Shown here in pieces: positions 50,204 to 60,183 of a stretch of DNA of 64,000 nucleotides (its first letter is position 1; the number at the start of each line of letters is the position of its first letter). The stretch covers positions 12,747,440 through 12,811,439 of the forward strand of contig NC_068998.1 in the NCBI RefSeq assembly GCF_001194135.2, written 5' to 3'. A model generated the notes under the pieces. The model had not been told where the DNA came from and made no database searches. It saw only the letters and a list, made by a program, of their open reading frames with translations. A program made the position numbers and the translations under genes. This DNA comes from Octopus bimaculoides. Taxonomy: Eukaryota.

Positions 50204-50647
50204 TATATNNNNNNNNNNNNNNNNNNNNNNNNNNNNNNNNNNNNNNNNNNNNNNNNNNNNNNNNNNNNNNNNNNNNNNNNNNNNNNNNNNNNNNNNNNNN
50301 NNNNNNNNNNNNNNNNNNNNNNNNNNNNNNNNNNNNNNNNNNNNNNNNNNNNNNNNNNNNNNNNNNNNNNNNNNNNNNNNNNNNNNNNNNNNNNNNNNNN
50401 NNNNNNNNNNNNNNNNNNNNNNNNNNNNNNNNNNNNNNNNNNNNNNNNNNNNNNNNNNNNNNNNNNNNNNNNNNNNNNNNNNNNNNNNNNNNNNNNNNNN
50501 NNNNNNNNNNNNNNNNNNNNNNNNNNNNNNNNNNNNNNNNNNNNNNNNNNNNNNNNNNNNNNNNNNNNNNNNNNNNNNNNNNNNNNNNNNNNNNNNNNNN
50601 NNNNNNNNNNNNNNNNNNNNNNNNNNNNNNNNNNNNNNNNNNNNNNN

Positions 50648-50692
<45 letters not shown>

Positions 50693-51239
50693 ATTGCACA
50701 GATATAAGTCCAGTAAATATGGGTAACCTAATAGAATTGTCAATTTGTCAATATTTAATTGAATAATTTTATATAATTCCTAAACTACGTATGAATTACA
50801 TGATAATGGAAAGTAAACAGCAGCAATTAAATGAATAGGCTTCTGTTTATAGACTACAATAATAGCTTTATCTGTGGAAATTAGGAAAGCTCTATTAGCA
50901 AACTAGTAATACAAATAATAAAGCAATGGGATAAATTTTATGTGTTGAGAAGGAATAGAAGTCTAACATTTTTTGACACTTGTCATTCTTCAGAAAAAGA
51001 ATATAAGAAATGCTGTTGATAAAGTTTCACAATTGCGAACGAGGAAGTGAATAAAGTGGGAGACTGATGTGGAGGAATTTATGTATCAAGTAGAACATGA
51101 TACAAATAAATGATAGAATTGGACCAGGATTTTGTAGGGTAAGATGTCAGTGAGAATGGATGAGAGGTGATTGTGGATCAGGTCAAGTGAGGTGAGTGAA
51201 GTGACAATGAAATGGTAAGGGGTGAATGGAAGGACACAC

Positions 51240-51278
<39 letters not shown>

Positions 51279-51981
51279 AAAAATAAAACAAAATGGAAAG
51301 AGAAAGACAATGGTAAGGACAGCTAACAGAAGAAAGAAATCTACAAGATTGATCAGATATGTTATTATTTAACTCCAGGTCAATCCCAATCAAGTCGGTT
51401 GTGATCACAGACATTCTAGCTGTGTCTTTTTAAGGGATATGTAAGTCTACATTATCTCATGTTTTTCTCTTTTTTTCTTTTGTTTTTAAATGGTGAGGGT
51501 GTGACTTGAGTGATATTTGGTTGTTATTTCTAGAAGATTGAATAACCATATAGAGAGACTCCTTTGTCATTTATGTAGACTTTAGCTGTTGACTATTTTT
51601 AGTCATTGTTTACAGCCATTAGCCATTTGTCACTTTACAGCTGTCATCTAAAAAGACAAATCTTGTTGCAATCCAGTACGTAGACACAGCCTGTTGCAGA
51701 CAGCTACCTTGATGTTGACTATAAACTTTATGTAGACATTATTTGCAGTTGTGAACTTCATTGTAGATACTGCCTGTTACTATTAACTTTTTAGGTACTA
51801 CCCACTGCTTTAAGATAATATCATATCAACACTTAACACTATCCTTACTGTCTTGGCCAGGAATGTCCTTTGCTTATTTCTCTACATGCTTTACTTATTC
51901 TTCTGCTTGTGTCACGGCAGGTTTGTTATGCTTCAGAGTATAACCAGTGGACTGTATCCATGCCGACTTGCTTAAACTAGT

Positions 51982-52342
51982 TGTTGGCACTCTGCCAGTT
52001 GATCCGATCAACGGAACAGCTTACTCGTGAAATTAACGTGCAAGTGGCTGAGCACTCCACAGACACGTGTACCCTTGACGTAGTTCTCGGGGATACTCAG
52101 CGTGACACAGTGAGACAAGGCTGACCCTTTGAATTACAAGCACAACAAAAACAGGAAGTAAGAGTGAGAGAAAGTTGTGGAGAAAGAGTACAGAAGGGTT
52201 CGCCACCATCCCCTGCCGTAGTCTCGTGGAGCTTTAGGTGTTTTCGCTCAATAAACACTCACAACGCCCGGTCTGGGAATTGAAACCGCGATCCTATGAC
52301 CACGAGTCTGCTGCCTTAACCACTGGGCCATTGCGCCTCCAC
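51982..52342 (-). mobile_element. Family D SINE, full length
   Basis: 12-bp TSD gcttaaactagt at 51970-51981 / 52343-52354. Confidence 0.9.
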
Positions 52343-52436
52343 GCTTAAACTAGTACACTTAACATATTATACGTATGTATATGCTCCATCATGGTCTTGT
52401 CTGTGATTGTGAAAACATACTAAAAATCCATATGTA

Positions 52437-52660
52437 CGAGGGGGTGCTGAAAAGTTCCTGGCTTAAGGGTATCACAAAAGACCTGGTTGGAAGCCCAACT
52501 ATCTGAGTTCTTTTACAGGGCTTAGAAAAACTGAAGGGCTGCTGCGATAAGTGGTGAATCTGAGAGGAATGTGTTAAATAAAATCATAATTAACTGATCC
52601 TCCCATGTTTGCTTTTAAGCAAAGTCAAGAACTTTTNNNNNNNNNNNNGGCACTCCCTCG
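52437..52660 (+). mobile_element. Mariner-derived MITE
   Basis: TA-flanked TIRs cgagggggtgctgaaaagttcc / aagaactttt(N12)ggcactccctcg. Interior retains a frameshifted QGLEKLK...KCVNLRG-like transposase end. Confidence 0.85.
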
Positions 52661-53072
52661 TACATTTGCATGCACACACACACACACACACACACATTGT
52701 GATTAACAAAATTGAAGAAAATGACAAAACGAAGCAGTCAAATTCCAATAAGATAATACACACGCACATACATGCACAGCACAATCTGTTTCAAGGGTTT
52801 GTCTGTTTATATTTCTATTTCCATATTAATATACATAAGCTCAGTTTTCTGGGTTAATCAAATTATATGTAATCTGAGTGAAATGTAATGGAAGTGGCAT
52901 CACAAGCAGTCGACTGACTTATAGGGATATCCCTTGGGTCTGCCTCCTCCATACATTCCCTTCACAATTAGAGATCAGACACCCACATAAACACACATAC
53001 ATGTATGTATATGTATTCTACACTACATATTTCCCTTCTTAATAGGTAACAACTATATTATTAGCTACAATT

Positions 53073-53130
53073 AAGGTGGCGAGCTGGCAGAATCACCAGC
53101 ACTCTGGGTGAAATGCTTAGCAATATTTCG
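53073..53130 (+). mobile_element. Family B SINE head, truncated at the junction with the family E palindrome
   Basis: aaggtggcgagctggcagaatc...gaaatgcttagcaatatttcg. The rest of the B body is absent. Confidence 0.75.
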
Positions 53131-53162
53131 GCTGATATATCCTCCAGCCTTCATCAGGTGTC
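53121..53162 (-). ncRNA. Hammerhead motif, left arm (truncated at stem I 3' strand)
   Basis: Minus strand gacac-CTGATGA-a-GGCTG-gaggatatat-CAGCC-GAAA-tatt. Perfect stem II, then the sequence switches to the family B head. Confidence 0.5.
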
Positions 53163-53251
53163 TTGGGAAAATTTCGAACCTGGGTTCTCATTCCTAAGGT
53201 ATTTTTCAATGTTGTTGTTGTTGCTGTTGTTATAATTATTATTATTATTAC

Positions 53252-53349
<98 letters not shown>

Positions 53350-53470
53350 TCACTGCCTAGAATCGAACTCGGAATCTTGGGGTTAGTAGCCCACGCTCTT
53401 AAGTGGTTAAGAGCGCGGGCTACTAACTCCAAGATTCCGAGTTCGATTCTAGGCAGTGACCTGAATAATG

Positions 53471-53513
<43 letters not shown>

Positions 53514-53568
53514 TATAACATCGAAAAATACCTTAGGAATGAGAACCCAGATTCGAAATTTCCCCCTA

Positions 53569-53614
53569 GACATCTGATGAAGACTGGAGGGTATATCAGC
53601 CGAAATGTTGTGTT
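53569..53614 (+). ncRNA. Minimal type-I hammerhead ribozyme motif (Penelope-like type), right arm
   Basis: Stem I GACAT/GTGTT, core CTGATGA (53574-53580), one extra A, stem II GACTG/CAGCC (1 mismatch) with a 10-nt loop, GAAA (53602-53605), then TG-T-T with no stem III loop. Confidence 0.6.
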
Positions 53615-53949
53615 AACAACAAACATGATGAGGACAAATATCCATCAAATGTAAATAACGTACACTATGATGATATTTTTATTTTTAAACTGAAACTAAC
53701 AAAGCTTATGCTAATTTAGCTGGATTCTTAGAATTGTAAGTAAGAAACTCAATGCACAAAATTTTGGACAGCTTGCTTACAACTGTGCATTTGGATTCAA
53801 TACAGGTCTTTGATGAGAGTTCCACTCCTGGTATTTACTGCATTAGAGTTTGTTTTAACAGAATATCCACATTTAAGTGGGGATAAATATTACTTCTCAG
53901 TTTTTGATTAAGTTTCTGGGTAAACCACTTTATTCTACATTATCAGTCT

Positions 53950-54262
53950 TGGAAGGCAAATGGCTTAGTGGTTAAGGGTTCACTATTGTAAGGTCGTGAG
54001 TTTGATTCCCAGTGGCATGTTGTATCCTTGAGCAAGGCACTTTATTTCACATTGCTACAGTTCATTCAGCTGGCAAAAATGAGTAGTACCTGTATTTCAA
54101 AGGGCCAGCCTTGTCATTTTCTGTGTCACAATGAATCTCCACGAGAACTACATTAAGGTTATGCATGTCTGTGGAGCGCTCAGCCACTTGCATGTTAATT
54201 TCTTGAGCAGGCTGTTCTGTTGATTGGATCAACTGGAATTCTTGTTGTAACCAATGAAATAC
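53950..54262 (+). mobile_element. Old degenerate family D SINE
   Basis: Head tggcttagtggttaag...agtttgattccc, and body tcaaagggccagccttgtca...gagcaggctgttc..ggatcaactggaa. Confidence 0.75.
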
Positions 54263-55247
54263 CAGGTACCAGTTTGATGAAGTGTCAGGAATATGAATGC
54301 TACCTGTGATAGATTGGCATCTCATTTAGGTGTGGGGTGGGTATTCAGATTTATCCCTTATCTGCTTCATATCACGAAACCAAAGCCTAAAGACTGTGGT
54401 CCTTAAAATCTCTTAGGACTTCATAAAGCATTTGCGTATTTTTCATTAAACCAGAATGTTTATGAAGAGTGGCACTTCTAGATCAATGTCGATCTGATAC
54501 CGAATATCATAAATACTGTATTTGTCACTCTTTGCACTGACATCCCAGATTCTTTGAATTTCTTCATGCCATTTTCAAATCTTAGATTTCATTCCCATTA
54601 GACTAGTATGCTACTATTTTTCATCAGTTTTTGATACTTCTAGTGAGCTAAACGCACTTGTGCTTGCACACACACACACACACACATGCACACACACACA
54701 CACACACACACATGCATACAGACAAGCACAAGCAGTAACAAATATTTACACATATACTTACACATTTTATGTTGTTGTATATACAAGTGCTTCACTGTCT
54801 GTATTTAACGAACTATAATGACTTATTCTTAGTCCGGTTCCATTAAATAATAATCTGTTGATACAGTATCCCTGAAAGAAAAAAATAATATTTCCTTCAG
54901 TTTAATCAGTTGTTAGCTGCATGAAAACAAAAAGCACATGATGAATTCAATAAAGAATCATCTGTTTGTATAGTCCCAGATCAGCTTTGATTGAGCTTAC
55001 CTATAACCAAGGTACTCTTAGCTGTAACCAGCTTTATTTTGGAGATCTCTTTGTGTCTGGTGAGTGATTTGATCTCAGGGTGTGTGTTGAAATTAAAACA
55101 ATTAATTTACAAGTGTGAGCGACACATGTCAGTCATACAAAAATGCCAAAAGCTGTTAACTTCACTTAAATGAATGTTTAAATGAAGTTAACAGTTTTTG
55201 TGTTTTTGAATAACTTATATGTATCTTCCACACTGTAAATGCATCTT

Positions 55248-55285
<38 letters not shown>

Positions 55286-55315
55286 TCTCTAAATCATGGA
55301 CTTCATTGTCTAAAG

Positions 55316-55586
55316 CAGGGGTTTTCAAACTTTTTGACTTGCGGACCCCTTTATATTTCAGGCTTTACCCCCTTATAAACGCTTATGAAATTTATACATA
55401 AATATTTGCTTAAAATAACATATATTTTTACATTTATTTATTTAACAGTATTTAACAAATAGGTTTATTGTCAATTAAAAGATTTCGATTTAAAAAACAT
55501 ATATAAAATCAAATTGCCCATAAAAAGTATTTGCTGTCCACGGACCCCCTGTCTTGTCCTTGCGGACCACAGTTTGAAAACCCCTG
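55316..55586. mobile_element. hAT (Charlie-like) MITE, second copy, opposite orientation
   Basis: Same 16-bp TIRs as 36642. TSD gtctaaag / gtctatag (7/8). Confidence 0.9.
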
Positions 55587-55994
55587 GTCTATAGTATCTT
55601 GCTTTATTTGAGACAGTAGGATGTAGTTTTAAAGGAGGCTTGGATACCATTTCTAACAGGTTGAGTGACTGTGTGGTTGCTTCCTTGTTGGAACCATTGG
55701 TGGTTGTTAATGTTTTGCTCCAGGTCATCTCTGATGAAGTAGGCCTATGATCAAAGGTATTCCAACCAGGCCCATCCCATCTTTTCAGATATAGTTTTTC
55801 TCACATTATTGAAAGGGACAATGAATTGGTAGAATCATTAGAGTGTTGGATAAAATATTTGTTCCTGATCTTTATATTATAAGCTCAAATCCTGCTGCAG
55901 TCAGCTTCGCCTTTCATCCATTCAAAGTTAATAAAATAAAGAACCAGTCCAGAGCTGTGAATTGGTGGAATTGTTAGCGCACTGGGCAAAGTCA

Positions 55995-56193
55995 TTATTA
56001 TCATCATTATTGTTTTAACATCCACTTTACCATGCTTGCATGGGTTAGATGGAATTTATTGACTGAGGCAGACTTTCTGTGACCAAATACCCTTCTTGTC
56101 ACTAACTCTGACTAGTTTTCAAGCAAGGTAATATTTCCCCATGACCAGATAAACACACCAGCAGTGGTTGTCAAGCAATGTTGGGGGGAAGAA

Positions 56194-56224
<31 letters not shown>

Positions 56225-56625
56225 CACATTCATGCACACACACACACGTGCACGTGCACTCTCACTCATGTACACACACACACACACGTGCGCGTGCACT
56301 CTCACTCATGCACACACAAACACACACACACANNNNNNNNNNNNNNNNNNNNNNNNNNNNNNNNNNNNNNNNNNNNNNNNNNNNNNNNNNNNNNNNNNNN
56401 NNNNNNNNNNNNNNNNNNNNNNNNNNNNNNNNNNNNNNNNNNNNNNNNNNNNNNNNNNNNNNNNNNNNNNNNNNNNNNNNNNNNNNNNNNNNNNNNNNNN
56501 NNNNNNNNNNNNNNNNNNNNNNTGGTCAGCCCGAGGTTATAGAAAAAGACACTTGCCCAAGGTGTCACGCAGTGGGACTGAACTCGGAGCCATGTGGTCA
56601 GGAAGCAAACTTCTTACTGCACAGT
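55995..56625 (-). mobile_element. Subfamily C2-like SINE with expanded CA-rich interior and gap
   Basis: RTE-type tail (ttaacatccactttaccatgcttgcatgggtt) at the left and C head (cacttgcccaaggtg...gtgggactgaac) at the right. Confidence 0.7.
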
Positions 56626-57244
56626 CACGAGAGATTTAGTTGCTGTTTCTAGCAGGTTGATCAACCTGCTTTGAGGCTCCTTTACCTAATAATATATTCT
56701 GTTTATAAATAGTGCAGAAAATTTGAAAGTATACAAAAACAAGGCAATGCTGTATTACTAGCACACACTGAATATTCATGCCTGTTTAAAATGGTTTCAG
56801 TATCCGTTCTCTGTATATGGGTATCCCATGTGTGTGCGTGACTGAGTATGTGAAGGATATCCAATCTCCCAACTTGTAATATAATTCTGCTAGAGGTGCT
56901 GTGCAATCTTCATTTGTCTGATTAGTTCCTTACTTATTTGTAACAGCCTAGGTGTGTGCAATCCCAGTCTTGAATGAATATTAAATAGCTGCTGTTTGCA
57001 TTATTTGAACGAGGTGTTCATGTTCACAAGTGCGGTGGGGTGGGAAGGAATTAGTTAAATTTTTGCACTTGCTACAGCAGAAACACAACGCAATCATTAA
57101 TTAGGTAGACCTAAATTTAGTAGTAATATACAAATATGATGAAGGAATCGCTATATAGCTGGTTGAATTATTAGAAATAGCAGCCAGATTTCTCTCAAAT
57201 CAACCTGTACTGTCATATGAAAAAAAAAAGATATTGGTATACAA

Positions 57245-57600
57245 ATAGGTGTGTGGTAAGAAATTTGCTTCCCAACTATATGGGTCTGGGTTCAGTCCCA
57301 CTGTGTGGCATTTTGGGCAAGTGTCTTCTAATATAGCTCTGGGCCAACCAGTGTCTTGTGAATGAAAGAAGCCTGTCATGTATGTATATATCTATCTGTG
57401 TACGTTTGTGTTTGCCCCTCACTACTGGTGTTGGTTTGTTTATGTCCTTGTGACTTAGTGGTTCAGCAAAGAGACCATTACAACTGAGTACCAAGCTTTT
57501 AAGAAGAGAAATATTGGAGTTTGTTCAGCTAAACCCTTCAAGGCAGTGCCCCAGTGTCAATACTATCCAACGACTGAAACAAATAAAAAAATAAAGATAT
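57245..57600 (+). mobile_element. Family C SINE (degenerate, internal deletions)
   Basis: gtgtggtaagaaatttgcttccc...gactgaaacaaataaaaaa. Confidence 0.75.
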
Positions 57601-57799
57601 ATTTGATAATGCAATATGAAATAAATTATGTATGTAAAGACGGGACAGCTATGTTTTTGATTATTAATTGGCAGAAGAGTGACTCAAGTGCTGAGAGTTA
57701 CATGCATTGATAAGTGTCAACACTCAAAACTCTCAGCCCTTGAGTCACTCTGTAACTTTGGCCAATATATATATATATGTATACATGCATGCATATGCA

Positions 57800-57960
57800 T
57801 ACTCTGTAAAGTGGCTGGCATTAGGAAGGGCATCCATCTGTAGAAACTATGTCAAAGCTGACACTGGAGCTCAATGCAGCCTTGCAGCTTACTGGATCCT
57901 GTCAAACTGTCCAACTCATGCCAGCATAGAAAACAGACGTTAACTGATAATGATGATGAT
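57800..57960 (+). mobile_element. Family A-type tail, older copy
   Basis: ggcattaggaagggcatcc...ccaactcatgccagcatagaaaacagacgttaac(tga)n. Confidence 0.7.
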
Positions 57961-58528
57961 GGTGATGGTAGTGTTGGTTGTGGTGATGTCAGCGGCGCTT
58001 GTAAATCATAAAATCTGTGAATAGCAAACTATTGATGATGTACCGTAATAAAGTGTATATGTAAATTATATTATAGGCAGTGTCAAACCATGATCTTCAT
58101 GTCATAGTTTTCGTGCATGTCGTTTTCTTGGAGCCTTCATAAAATGTTGGGGTATGATTTTTACAGAAATTTGGCTTCAATTTCTGACAGATTGAGCTAC
58201 CTGGTAACACTCATAGTGACAACAGCACTCGATATTGCAGGGTAGTGAAATACTCATGAATTATGCCGTACTACCAGCTGTAGCAGTTAATACTCCTTGT
58301 TATTTATTTACAGATAGGTGGACTGGGCTATTTGAGAATCAAACACATTTGCTATGGACAGTGTAATGACAAGATATGAACCATGCACTCTTCAGTTTGT
58401 AGCTTGGTCCAATTTTCCATTTCAGCTATCAGTGGCTGGATACTAATTTATTTACTCGCTTGTTTTTGTTGAAACATTATTATTCCTAAATCTCTCAGCA
58501 AGAGATATTCAGTGGCAGTAATTTAAAG

Positions 58529-58767
58529 TAAAGGTTATTTGCCAACCTAATGTGGCAGTCCCACTTGGGACGAATGCTTCTGTTGTTTAACCCCAGGAGA
58601 CATCATCTCCAGCTGGCTATACAGGGGTGCTAAACTCCCCTTTTCAAAAATATAAGTACAGAGATTGTGTGTCGTATAGCCAGCTGGAGATGATGTCTCT
58701 TGGGGTTAAACTACAGTCGCATTTGTTCCAACCTGGACTGCCACATCAGGTTGGCAAATAACCTTTA
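58529..58767. mobile_element. Foldback MITE with 94-bp inverted arms
   Basis: Arms 58529-58622 and 58674-58767 (taaaggttatttgccaacct ... aggttggcaaataaccttta) around a 51-bp spacer. TA at both outer ends. Confidence 0.88.
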
Positions 58768-58802
58768 TTTTTGTTGAGATAGACTTAAATCTAACATTGG
58801 AT

Positions 58803-59164
58803 TAATAATTCTTACTAATATAGGCTCAAGGCCTGAAATTTGGATGAAGTGGGTAGTTGATTAAATTGACCCTTGTACTTAACTGGTACTTGTTTTATCA
58901 AATCCTGAAAGGATGAAAGTCAAAATCGGTTGTCAAGCGATGTTGGGGGGACAAACACAGATACACAAACATACATATATACACACATATACATATATAC
59001 GACGGGCTTCTTTCAGTTTCTGTCTACCAAATTCACTCGCAAGGCTTTGATCGGCCCGAGGCTATAGTAGAAGACACTTGCCCAAGGTGCCACGCAGTGG
59101 GACTGAACCCAGAACCATGTGGCTGGTAAGCAAGCTACTTACCACACAGCCACTCCTGCACCTA
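58803..59164 (-). mobile_element. Chimeric SINE: family C 5' half fused to family B 3' half
   Basis: On the minus strand, a near-consensus C head/CORE/microsatellite runs to cgcttgacaaccgat, then B central domain tttgactttcatcctttcagg and B tail follow. Junction at about 58925. Confidence 0.75.
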
Positions 59165-59266
59165 TTCTACTAAATTCTACTAAAAAGTATTGAACAATTC
59201 CTCAGTTTAATGTTAAATTGTTTTGATATATAACTTAACCATCACCAGCATGACCGNNNNNNNNNN

Positions 59267-59299
<33 letters not shown>

Positions 59300-60124
59300 T
59301 TTGGAAATGTAAGTTACTTAAAGCATTTACCTTCCTTTCTCCCCCCCCCTTATAATCCCTCTCATTTCTTGTTTTCCCGCTTCCACCCTTCCTTTCTCTT
59401 GTTTATTCTCCCACGTTGTTTCGCTTTCACTTTCTGCCTTCCTTATTGATTCTCTTTCTATCCCCTAACATACACTCCTCAAAGACATAATGCGCACACT
59501 TTCTGTCTATTGTTCTATTTACAATGGTAAAACCTTAGAAAAAAAAGACATTATTATCTATATTAATTCATGAAATTTAATTCTGCGGTGATTAAGCTAG
59601 GGCTGCACGTAGGGAAAAATGTTTTACTTTACTTAATTAATTATATAGTTTTAAATAGAAAAAATACATGTGCATTTTCTATAACCTGGTTGAATATAAA
59701 ATGTTTATTCATTATCATTTACCTTCACAATGTAATATCTTGTGTTTCAAACAGCTTCATAGAAACTTAATGAATCAACAAAACTCAAGGAAAAATATTT
59801 GAACTGGGGTTAAAACAACTGTTTTAAAATAAAATTACACTGATTTTTATTTCTGTCAACTTAATTAAAGCGTACTACCTGTTCTAATGTGTAATTATAA
59901 CACGTAGCATGTTATTGGGAGAAAAGCTGTGTAAGGTTTATTTTGGAGTTGGTGAAATAAAATATACACGATTATTCATGATTATGTATAGCTTTTACTG
60001 GTATGATCTTTGAGTGAAGATTTCACTTTGAATAAAGTGTTAAATCCTAAAAATTTACTAAAAATCTTTAAGTTTATGAAATTGTTTTGCAAGATTCCTG
60101 ATGTGAAATCATGTGTTGAAACAG

Positions 60125-60183
60125 ATACTGTTATATTTCGGAAGTAGACATGTGGGATGAAAGAGTCGCTGAAGAGGTCACAG
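60125..60183 (+). CDS. Candidate internal micro-exon (xYCYISEVDMWDERVAEEVTx), product unknown
   Basis: aacag|A...ACAG|gtgtgt with a single open frame, but the acceptor and donor are weak. Confidence 0.15.

Larger units (their letters stand above)
53121..53660. mobile_element. Head-to-head inverted pair of family E tRNA-headed SINEs (palindrome with 4-nt spacer)
   Basis: Arms 53121-53402 and 53407-53610 are reverse complements apart from (AAT)n length and roughly ten mostly transition differences. Centre gctcttaa-gtgg-ttaagagc. tRNA-like head with B-box agttcgattct. Confidence 0.9.

Noticed and set aside
52637-52648. Apparent insertion in the right TIR of the mariner MITE
   Set aside because: It is an N-run. 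Comparison with the left TIR implies only about 1-2 bases are missing, so the gap size is nominal.
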